Assembly: GCA_951406725.2 (NCBI GenBank)
Contig: OX597814.1
Span: 216,256,001 to 216,320,000 of the forward strand
DNA: 64,000 nt
Source of the DNA: Octopus vulgaris
Lineage: Eukaryota
Direction of reading: 5' to 3'
Made by a program: the position numbers and the translations under genes. Positions 53,677 to 64,000 of this stretch are shown here, one piece after another. The stretch's first letter is position 1. Each line of letters opens with the position of its first letter. The notes under the pieces were generated by a model. It saw only the letters and a list, made by a program, of their open reading frames with translations. It made no database searches and was not told the DNA's origin.

Positions 53677-53856
53677 GTACTTTTGGTATACCCATAGAAA
53701 AGGGAACCGAATGTATAGTAACAACTATAAAGATTTATCTTGATGCTTACTCAAATTCTAAAATAAAACATATTTGTTTGATTGATGAACAGAAGGATGT
53801 AATCAGAGCTTTTAGGCATCATCTAGAAACGGTGTTTGGAATCAGTAAAAGCAGAG
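53677..53856 (+). CDS. PARP14-like: Exon C, copy 2: macrodomain C-terminus
   Basis: ttattacag|GT...AGAG|gtagga, 180 nt. Completes ISTG-TFGIP...IKHICLID...AFRHHLETVF. Confidence 0.9.
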
Positions 53857-54554
53857 GTAGGACTTGTTATTTGTTTGATATTTTAGTGAAAACTTAAATG
53901 ATTTATTTCAGGTGTTAATTAAGATTTTTCCTCCTTCAGTCAACTTTTATCTGATTCCTATTATTGGTTTATGGGCACAGCCATGGATTTGTGGTTAAAA
54001 AGATTCATTTCTAACCATGGTGATTCCTAATGTAAGGCAACTCAAGAAAATATCTTCTAATATGGCCCTGAGGTGACCAAAGTCTTGTCAACTGGTTTAG
54101 AAGATAGAAACTGATACAAGAGCCCCTCATATATGTATTGCGTGTGTGTGTGTGTTTGTACTCTTGTCTTCACATCATGTGATGGCTGTAAACAAGCATC
54201 CCCAGCATACAAGTGAGGTTGTTTGTTTCCTGTCTTCTGTGGAAACCTCGTGTGGCCAGGGGAAAACAGGCGAGGGTCAGCATCAGGAAGAGCATCAAGC
54301 TATAGAAAGTCTACCTCAATAAACTAATCTGACCCATGCAAGCAGGGAACAATAGATGTGAAAACAAGGATGATGATGATGATGATGTTTAATTTATGGC
54401 TGTTGATAAAATATTCTTGTCTCACTCTGTGATTCCCTAACAAAGGATAATTATAATTATTTATCTGATACATTGTAAACATGACTATTGTTCATATTCT
54501 AATTAATATGAAGGTATAAAGTGTCCCGACCCCCACAAAAAAAACCCAGACATT

Positions 54555-56235
54555 GGAGAGTTATCAAATTGTTGGATCAGGTGATGAAAGTCATGGAGAG
54601 GGTCATAGCCCAACTAATTAGGGAGAGAGTTAGTTTAGACGAGATGCAGTTTGGGTTTGTGCCAGGGAGTAGCACCACAGACGTTATATTTCTGGTAAGA
54701 CAGCTGCGGGAAATAAACCTCTGTACCTAGCCAAAGATAAACTTCTGTACTTGGCCTTCATTAACATAAAGAAAGCTTTTGACAGAGTCCCCCAATCCCT
54801 TATCTGGAGGTCACTGCAGAAACTAGGGATAAATGAGTAGTTGGTGAGAGCTGTTCAAGCCATGTACAGGGATGCTGTCAGCAAGTTAAAGGTTGGCAAC
54901 AAGTATAGTGAAAAATTCCAGGTAGGAGTAGAGGTTCACCTCAGGCCCCTCTTATTCATCATAGTCCTCCAGGCAGTAACTGAGGAATTCAAGATAGGCT
55001 GTCCCTAGGAGCTCCTCTAAGCTGATGACTTTCCTCTAATAGCTGATTGACTACCAGAACTAAAGAAGTTTCAGTCATGGAAGCAAGATCTAGAATCGAA
55101 GGGCCTTAGAGTTGATCTAGAAAAAACCAAAGTTTTAGCAAGTAGGAAGGTTGACAAATCACGAATCCCTTCAGGTAAATGGCCCTGCTTGATCTGCAGA
55201 AAAGGGTGTAGGTAGAAACTCCATAAGATGAACCCAGTGCAAGCTATGGACACATAAAAGGTGCAGCAATATCAAAGGAAGGTTAACCAGGAAGATTGTT
55301 GTTGTTTGTAGGTACAATAAGCACTAGAAATGTACAGAAAATAAACTCCATCAAATGCCTGTGAGGGAGGCCTAGAAGTAGTTGACAGCTTCTGCTATCT
55401 AGGTGAACAAATTAGTAGTGGAAGTGGAAGCTCCAAGTGCAAAGCTGTAAGAATAAGATTAGGTTGGGCAAAGTTCAGAGAGCTTTTACCTTTGTTGGTA
55501 ATGATGGGCCTCTCCCTCAGAGTGAAAGGTAGACTGTATGATACCTGTGTGCAAACAGCCATGCTATATAGCAGTGAAACATGGGCTGTGGCTGCAGAGG
55601 ACATGTAAATGCTTGAAAGAAATAAAGGCAGTCTGCTTCACTGGATGTGCAATGTCAGTGTGCATGTATGGCAGAGTGTAAGCATTTGGAAAGAAAAATG
55701 GTGCACAAGAGGCATCAGATGTGGTGTGCAAGAGAGAAGACTGCACTTTGGAGGGGACATGTGGAAGAGATAGACCCAAGATAGACAAGGGACGAGGTAG
55801 TGAAGCATGATCCTCGAACAGTGAGCTTCATGGAGGCTATGACTATTGACTGAGACCTTTGGCAATATTCTGTGCTTAAGAAGAGCCATCAAGCCAAGTG
55901 AAATTGTAGTTGTGGCTGATGCCAGTGTTACACAAAATGTACCTTACAAACTTTCGTCCACACAGAGATGATAAGTTCCTGAGACCTCTGGCAATTTACC
56001 ATGCTTGAGAAGACTCATCAAACCAAATGAAATCGTAGACGATGCTGGTGTCACATAAAAAGCACCCATTAAACTCTTGGAGTGGTTGGCATATGGAAAG
56101 GCATCCAGCTGTGTCAAATCTGTGTCAAATCTGACTGGAACCTGGTGCAGCTCTCCAGCCTATCACTTTCAGTCAAGCCGTCCAACCCATGCCAGCATGG
56201 AAAGTGGATGTTAAATGATGATGATGATGATGATT
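54555..56235 (+). mobile_element. 5'-truncated degenerate RTE LINE (RT 3' half + UTR)
   Basis: IKLLDQVMKV...QFGFVPG, many stops and a (GAT)n tail. Confidence 0.88.
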
Positions 56236-56416
56236 TACATTTTCTACTAATCATTCTTTAAGAGATAAATTTCTTGAAATAAGTGTTTTATTTTCTTACG
56301 TCCAATAATGTTGAGCCATGAGTTATAGCGTTGGCTGACTCTAAAGTATTTACGAGAGGCCATTTAGCTCTGGAAGCCTTCTTCAACTGAAAAACCAAGT
56401 TTCTTTCCTTGAACAG

Positions 56417-56472
56417 GTTACCCTGTTAGAAATTACTTCTCACATGACCATCAGCCTGAGTCATGTGATGTG
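56417..56472 (+). CDS. Candidate 56-nt exon D (post-macrodomain linker), present only in unit 2
   Basis: tttctttccttgaacag| ... GTG|gtaagc in non-repeat sequence; open in phase 1 (GYPVRNYFSHDHQPESCDV) and exits in phase 0. Supported by splice signals only. Confidence 0.4.
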
Positions 56473-56612
56473 GTAAGCAGGTAAATTGTGTGAAGCAGAC
56501 AACACTGCCATATGAGTGATATATACATGAAACAAAAATTACAAGAAAGGTTTTAAAATGCACCATATATACATACATATTTATATATATATATACATAT
56601 ATATATTGATTA

Positions 56613-58236
56613 ACCCTGGCTGTAAACACGATTCTCAGAGGATGAAAAATTTCAGATAAGAGATTTTAAGCTTTCAACTTGCTCCTCGTTTCATTGTATT
56701 TTTGCGAGTATTATCATCATAGACCCTTATTATTTTCTCCCTATTCTGTCTTTCCGTCTTACTGTCGATGTCTTTTCGTCTTAAACCCTAGGTCACGCAC
56801 TTCCGTAATTTGCAACATAGTCTTTCACTCATGAAAATTTATCACACAATCACACAGTCTTTCGTCTCTAATTTTGTCGCTCATCTTGTCTTTCTCCCTC
56901 ACTTATCGGCTATCATTCTGTCTATTTAATTCCTACCCTATTTGCCTATCTACCTGTCGGCCTTTTCTGTCTCTTAATTCCTAGCCCATGGTTGCCAGTT
57001 CCTGGAGGTACCTAAGCCCTCCCACCCTTTCCACCTGTACCGAAAGTCCCTATCTCGTCTTCCTTTGCTTGTCTCCCATGAACTCCTAAAGGCCGTACGC
57101 CAACACCACCCCTACTATATAAGGTAGTGATAATACAGTGCAAAACATGATAGTTTAGTGTAAGCAGGTTGAACTTATTAAGATCATTGTTTGCTTATGA
57201 ATTCTGCCAAATGCGAGCTCTCTTTTCAGGTACATGACGCCACTAACCCCCGTCCCAGGGTCTCTAGGGCCCATACCTCCCACACCCTCAGGGTTGGCAC
57301 TCTCAACGTCTGCACACTGAAAGGTAGGTCTGGTGAGATTGTTGAGATGCTTGAATGGAGATGTGTCGATATCTGCTGCATGCAAGAAGTAAGGTGGAGA
57401 GGAGGTTCTGCTAGGTTCCTCACAGGCAAAGAACACAGGTACAAGATTTTCTGGGCAAGGAACACTGACGGGGTTGGGGGTGTGGGTAAACTTCTTGCGG
57501 AGAAATGGGTAGATAAAGTAACTGAGGTAGTCAGAGGATGCGACAGAATACTTAAGATTAGATTAATGCTTCATCATGGGTTAGCAACCATTATCTCAGC
57601 CTATGCCCCTCAGTCAGGGCTACCCGATGGACAGAAAGACCGATTTTATGACACCCTCTTGCAGATTACCGCATTGACGAATGACAGGAACCTTCTCTTT
57701 GTGGCTGGCGACTTCAATGGACATGTTGGACAACATGTCAGGAGCTTCCATGGTATACGTGGAGGCTACGGTTTTGGCTCCTGCAATGAGGAGGGAACCA
57801 GGCTGCTGGAGTTCTGTGATGAAAATGATCTTATGGTTTGCAATACTAACTTCAGAAAACCTGCCAGCCACCTAGTCACCTACCGCTCTGGCAGACACAC
57901 TAGTCAGATCGACTACATCCTCACCAGAAAAAGTGAAAGATGGCTGCTTATAAATGCCAAAACCTTCCCGGGTGAAGAAAGTACTCACAATATAGACTAG
58001 TAGTTAGTGAATTCAGGATCAGGGCTAAATGGATGCCCAGAAGGCGACTAGCAAAGAGAAGAAGGGTCTGGAGACTTAAAGATCCTGCAAATGGACAGAG
58101 ATTTAGAGACATATTACTCGAAGCCTTTGACTAAATAGAAGGGGATGTAGCTTCACATGATATAGAAGACAACTGGAGGTTCCTACAGGACAACCTGCTA
58201 AGGGCCACCAACCAGATCTGTGGATGGTGCAAAGTC
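56613..58236 (+). mobile_element. 5' part of an RTE LINE (5' UTR + APE endonuclease), 3'-truncated
   Basis: ORF 57191-58000 is homologous to 26352-27209. Confidence 0.9.
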
Positions 58237-59604
58237 TAAGATTTTCATTAATTTTATGGAATGGTTGGGTTTCACCCGTTACAAAATTAATGTTGACATC
58301 TAAATAATTAACATTATAGTTCACATTATATATAGTAGTACTTAAAACATTTCTTTTGAAGAAATTATAAAGTTTCTTTTTATATAATTCTAATTTTCTA
58401 TTAGTACAATTTTTTTAAATATACTAGTTTTTATTTTAATATAATATCTATGTTTAACTTTTTATCGTGTGGTATATTAAATCTATAGATTTTATACATG
58501 GATATTCATATAACGAGTTTATATAATGGATTTTAGTGTATTTGTACTTTTTCAAAGTTTTGATTGTATTTTCATGAATAAAATTAACTGAGTTGATTAA
58601 TTAGATGTTTATCCTTTTAAAATCTAGATAGATTAACCAGAATCGTTGAACTTAGTAATTTAGTTTGCTTATCAATATTAGTTAGTTCTTGCTATGATTT
58701 TGACTTTGATCGTTTTTATTATTGTTAATGTAATTGACTGGTTTGGAAGAGGACTGGTGATTGTGATTGTACATCTTCATAGTGTATTGTTGTTTGGTTT
58801 GAATATTTTAGCACCTTTCTTTTATTTGGGGTTGATAGGTTTTTTACTTTCCATTAACATATTATTCTTGCTATTATATATATATATATATGTCATACAA
58901 TATATTATATTATTTATTGATATATAGAGGAATTTGTATTTGTAATACTAAATTGAAGTTAATTAGGTATTATATTATTTGATATTTAGTCTATTTTGTT
59001 ATAGTTTGTAATATGAAATCTATAGATACTACACATGTATATTTATTATATGGTTAGCTTATGTAAGGAGTTTGTCTATATTTGAAACACTTCTTATTTT
59101 GATTACAATTTAATGACTTGTAATAGCTTTGTGTCTTTTATTTAGTTTTATAGTATTTAATTATTGAAGTATTATTTTATTTAAAGTATATTTATTAATT
59201 AATTATTTTACTGTTCTTTTATATTTTTATCCTGATGAGCGACTATATTTATATGCAAGTGATTTCTCTACTACTGTAATCATTTCTTAAATATAGCAGT
59301 GAAACACGTGTTGTTTTTCTACCTATTATATACATTATATTATTTTTGTAATTTACTTAATCTTTACTTTTTAATTGTTATTTTAATTTTAACTTTGCTA
59401 TTATATGTAATTTTCTAGATGGTTTAATTTAATTATTAATTTTGTATTGATAAAAGGTGTTTTTTTTCTATTATATATATATATATATGAACTTAGACTT
59501 AGAGTTTATACATATATATATATAGAGAAAAAAAACACCTTTTATCAATACAAAATGAATAATTAAATTACACCATCTAGAAAATTACATATAATAGAAC
59601 AGTT

Positions 59605-59637
<33 letters not shown>

Positions 59638-59720
59638 ATATATATGTATTTTATTTTATTTTCAATATATATGTATCATTATTTTTAGTATATACTCACA
59701 TATTTAGTTATTTTGAGTAT
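58237..59720. mobile_element. Very AT-rich PLE remnants with a hammerhead core and an 89-bp inverted repeat
   Basis: Minus strand reads VNYLDVNINF...PFHKINENLR (PLE RT thumb-like). CTGATGA at 59232 and GAAACACGTGT at 59301. Inverted arms at 59381-59469 and 59526-59614. Confidence 0.6.
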
Positions 59721-59739
59721 ATATTTATTTTCTTTTTAT

Positions 59740-62420
59740 TCGGAAGTACTGTGGTGATGGGAAGTTGGTGAAGCAAGGAGGCCTTACAGGTTGGAAGCAT
59801 GTAGTCAGTGACCAGCACATAGGTGGCCCATGTTAGATATAAAGTTGTCGCCTTTTCTCCCAAGACATCAGTGGGATTTGGGTGCTGCACAGGTGTCTGA
59901 GGAACTCTATTTAGAGAGGGCACTGCTCACCCAGAGGCTGAGAAGATTCTAGAAAGGGTGAACAAAAAATTGACTGTCTTTCTATAAAAAATTGGTACTT
60001 TCTATATCTGGTCAGTTTAGTGTGACTGACGGATGTCCACCCTGTGCTCGAAAAACAAAGAAACTTTTATTTACAAAATCTGGTTGGAATTTGAACATTT
60101 CATGTTGGAATGTGTGCATTCTGTTGGATAACAAGAGTGATTGGAGGCCTGAAAATATGCACTACACTTGTAATGCCACGTCCTTTCATTAATTGGAATG
60201 CTGGACAGATCACAGTCTGGTGTGAACAAAGTTTTGGATGATGATTAAAGTGAAAGGGAGAAGAGGACCATTCAGCATTCCTTGGCATCTGAATGTCCAC
60301 AAGATATATAATGGTGTGATGTTGAGGAAAAAGCTTCAGACTCGCTTGTTCCAGCATTGAAAATACTGCAGCATGGGAAGGTTTTCGAGACCATATTCTT
60401 CAATGTGCTGCTGAAACACTGGAATATTCTACTGCCTGACACAGAGACTGGTTTCATGAAAATGATGCTGAAGTTCAGCGACTATTGGTGGTAAAGTGCC
60501 ATACCTACAATGTATTGTTACGCAGAGGACTTCCAGATGTTCAGTAAAATCTAGCACTTGCCCACTATAGCAGTGTAAAATCACTACTGCAGCAGTCTCT
60601 CAGGAAGATGCAGAACACTTGGTGGGAGGATCTTGCTCGTCATGTTCAGGCTGCTGCTGATGCAAATGACAGCAAGAAGCTTTACCATCTTATGAAGCAT
60701 GTTTATGGGCCTAAGAGCTCCACATCATCCCCTATGCTTTCCAAGGAGTCTTCCACTCTATTTACTAAATCAACAGAAATCACAGGTTGCTGGATCAAAC
60801 ACTTCTCTGAACTCCTAAACCATGAGTCAGTTGTGGATGAAACAGTGATTGATACTATGCAAGAAAGACCCATCATTGGCTCCTTAAATTCCACACCCTC
60901 AATAGTTGAAGTAATGACATCAATAAGTAAACTGAATCTTGGTAGGGCACTTGGAAAGGATGGAATTTGTGCTGAGGTCTTGCGATTTGGTGGTGATTAC
61001 ATCACACAGTCCCTTCATGAACTTATTAGTGCAGTCTGGAGGGATGGTGCAATGCCTAAGGACTGGAAGGCATGCGATTATTCTTCCTCTCTATATAGTA
61101 AAAGGAACCAGAACAATGTGTGGTTACTACAGAGGTATTGCTCTGCTATGAGCTGCTGGCAAGGTTCTGGCAAATATTCTTCTTACCTGCCTAAAAGGGT
61201 GTCTCGTAAATGATGTCCTATCTGAATCTCAATGTGGCTTCTGATCTGGTAGAGGGACAATGGATATGATTTTCACAGCACTACAGATGCAGGAGAAGTG
61301 CTATGAGCAGAATATGGATCTTCTCCAGGTATCCATTGATTCAACAAAGGCCTTTGATACTGTGAATAGGGCTTTTCTATTGAAAATACTTGGCAAACTT
61401 GGATGTCTAGATCACTTTGTATCTATAATTAAATAATTTCATGATGGGATGAAGGCTTGGGTCAATGTTGGTGCTGACATGGTAGGACCCCTTCCTGTAG
61501 AGAATGGTGTCAAGCAGGGTGACATCCTTGCCCCAACTGAAACGTTTTCCTGTCTCTTATTCATGACCTCCTTTATGCAAATGACTGTGACTTAGTCACT
61601 CATACAGTGGATGACATTCAAATACTTATGAATCGTAATTCTGCTTGTTGCAAGGCACTTGGATTTAGCATTAGACTGGACAAGGTTGTTGTAATGTTGC
61701 AGCCTGCACCAGGTAATGCATGTGTGGAAGCAGCTATATTGGTTGAAGGAACAATTCTGAAAGAGGTAAACAAGTTTGTCTGCCTGGGCAGCACATTCAG
61801 CCGTCTTTGCTCCCTGGATGATGAAATATCTTTTAGGCTGCAGAGACCAACTGATTCCTTCTGGTCTCCTCAGTCCTGTGTCTGGTCCCAGCATGGAATT
61901 ACAAGGCATGTGTACCATGCATGTGTACTGACATTACTGCTTTACTCATGAGACATGGACTCTGTACAAACGTCATGTAAGGGTCCTTGAACACTTTCAT
62001 CAGATATATCTCAAACATATTCTGAATGTTGGCTGGACCTTAAAAACTACAGACACCCAGGTCATGAGGACAGTTGATATCTTGAGTATTGAGGCAATGG
62101 TACACAAGCAGCGGTTATGTTGGACTGGACACCTTATTAGAATGAAGGATTGCAGGATCCCTAAGCAGATGCTATATGGGGAACTTGTGAATGGAAAGAG
62201 ACCTCGGTAGAAACCAAGGCTACAATTTAAGGACTGTGTAAAGTCCTCGTTAAAAACCTGTAATAAATAGGAGACTGACTGAGAGAGCAATGACTGTTAT
62301 CACCACAGATGGAGGAAGCAGGTTAAGGATGGGGATCAACACTTTTGAGAGAGCATGTATTCAGCATGAAGAACTTAAGCATGTTGTTTGAAAGTGCACT
62401 GCTGGTGTAGTGAATGGGGA
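59740..62420 (+). mobile_element. BovB-like RTE LINE, internally deleted and degenerate
   Basis: NISCWNV, MQNTWWEDLA..VQAAADAND, ALGKDGI, YRGIALL, QCGF, KAFDTVNR, GVKQG, LYANDC and WTGHLIRM. Confidence 0.85.
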
Positions 62421-62459
62421 ATCTTTGGTTTGCAATATATATATATATATGTATATATA

Positions 62460-63055
62460 TCACTTGATCACTTTGACCGACCAGTCCGTCAGGCGTCCAT
62501 TTGACACCGCTGGTCACAGCACGCTGTCCACTCCTCTCTGGATCACGCCTTTCTCATCCACGTGATCCCAATCGTCCTCTTGAAATCGTCACCCCACCGT
62601 CGTGGAGGTCTTCCGGGTGGTCTTTTCCGCTCACGCGGGTACCACTCGATACCTGCATGCGTCCACCGATTATCGGTAAACCGGGCGACGTGTCCAGCCC
62701 ATCTATACTTGCTGCGAGTATACTCTGCGATGACATCTCTCACACCGGACTTCTTTCTGATGATCTTGTTATTTATGTGCTCTCTCAACGAGATACCAAG
62801 CATTGACCTTTCCATGGCTCTTTGAGCCGTTACCAGTCTTTGCTCTTCTCTCTTTGTTGTAGCCCATGTTTCACTACCATATAACATTGCAGGCAGAACT
62901 GCACTGTTAATGAGGTTGGCGCGGGTGGTCCTGTCCAACCTTCTCTTGAGCATATCCCTTATGCCATTGAACGCCTTCCATCTGGCCCTTACTCTCCGTG
63001 AGATCTCCTTTTTGATATCCCGGCACATATTTACTTTCTGTCCCAGGTAGACATA
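62460..63055 (-). mobile_element. 5'-truncated RTE-clade LINE of another family, specific to unit 2
   Basis: YVYLGQ...YGSETW...RWAGHVAR...WYPR.RKRPPGRPPRRW, with a (CAAGTGAT)-type tail. Absent from the homologous (TA)n at 36270. Confidence 0.85.
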
Positions 63056-63072
63056 TGTATATATGTATTGAA

Positions 63073-63420
63073 GGCGCATGGCTCAGTGGTTAGAGCGTCG
63101 AGCTTACGATCATGAGGTTGTGAGCTCAAATCCCGGACCGGGCTGCGTGTTGTGTTCTTGAGCAAGGCACTTTATTTCACGTTGCTCCAGTTCACTAACC
63201 TGTAGAAATGAGTTGCGACGTCACTGGTGCCAAGCTGTATCGACCTTTGTCTTTCCCTTGGATAACACTGGTGGCGTGGAGAGGGGAGGCTGGTATGCAT
63301 GGGCGACTGCTGGTCTTCCATAAAAAAAATCAACCTTGCCCGGACTTGTGTCTAGGAGGGCAACTTTCTGGGTGCAATCCCATGGTCATTCATGACCGAA
63401 GGGGGTCTTTACCCTTTACC
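63073..63420 (+). mobile_element. tRNA-derived CORE-type SINE
   Basis: A box TGGCTCAGTGG, B-box-like GCTCAAATCC and CORE-like tgtgttcttgagcaaggcacttt. The tail also occurs inverted at 30640-30700 and 53455-53525. Confidence 0.8.
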
Positions 63421-64000
63421 CATATATATACATATATATATATATATATATGGGTGTGTGTGTGTGTGTGTGTGTGTGTGTAAGGAAACTATGCAAGTGG
63501 ATTTTGCACACGGAAACTGAAAGAAGACTGTCGTATAGATATGTATATTTGTGTGTATATCTGTGTTTGTACCACCACCATTGCTTGACAAATGATGTTG
63601 CTGTGTTCAGGTCCCTGTAACTTAGCAGTTCAGCAAAAGACAGCAACAGAATAAGTACTATGCTTAGAAATAATAAATCCTTGGGTCTGTTTGTTTGTTT
63701 AAAGGTGGTGCTACAGCACGGCCATTCACATGACTGAAACAAGTAAAACAGCAAAAACTATGCCATTTTAATCCCGAGCAATACCAAGTATCGCTGCTTG
63801 TATGTTATAAAAAAACATTCCTTCAGCTTGTGACAGTGGATAGCCCTTGAGCTGGATTTTATTCTTGTCAAAATTCTTAGTCTTTGGGCAGAAACTCAAT
63901 CCCAGCACCAAGACAGGGACATCGTCTGGTGAAAGGTTTAGTTTAGATAAATTTATTCACTCGTATGATGGATTTTCTTGGGAGAGTGCTTTTCAGAGTT

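Larger units (their letters stand above)
13960..64000 (+). repeat. ~25-kb tandem segmental duplication (unit 1 ~13960-38979; unit 2 ~38980 to beyond the window)
   Basis: Colinear matches: 13960-17910 with 38980-42970; 22410-22510 with 43095-43200; 23710-24090 with 47590-47970; 30540-31207 with 53350-54030; 34480-35888 with 54030-56368; 35890-36270 with 62057-62435; 36300-36888 with 63440-64000. Confidence 0.95.

Noticed and set aside
63073-63150. tRNA gene
   Set aside because: Has A/B boxes but no clean acceptor stem and runs into a CORE-like domain and tail, so it is a SINE head.
13960-64000. Duplication as a haplotig or assembly artefact
   Set aside because: Intron interiors, TE insertions, deletions and ~9% exon C divergence are too structured for an assembler duplicate. 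Very divergent alleles are not formally excluded without spanning reads.

Overview
AT-rich, microsatellite- and transposon-dense animal genomic DNA. The repeat content (RTE LINEs with (GAT)n tails, a tRNA/CORE SINE, Penelope-like elements, long (TA)n tracts) resembles octopus/cephalopod DNA; this is an inference. The only host coding sequence I can find is a three-exon block on the + strand from a PARP14/PARP9/PARP15-like macrodomain gene. Exon A (~1.5 kb) encodes an RRM tail, a putative degenerate KH-repeat region and the start of a macrodomain; exons B (249 nt) and C (180 nt) complete the macrodomain. The block occurs twice within a ~25-kb tandem duplication (about 13.96-38.98 kb and 38.98 to >64 kb). 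All three exons are phase 1-1, and I see no start, WWE or ADP-ribosyltransferase exons between the copies, so this looks like intragenic module amplification. The copies differ almost only by amino-acid replacements: by-eye count 30 replacement codons vs 1 silent codon in exons B+C, while adjacent intron is near-identical. Changes include reciprocal ones in the ADP-ribose pocket motifs. Each exon A carries one extra A in a homopolymer. The rest is decayed RTE, BovB-like, R4/Dong-like, CR1-like, Penelope-like (with hammerhead-ribozyme cores), Gypsy-like, mariner, Helitron and SINE sequence. All alignments were done by eye; no database search was possible.
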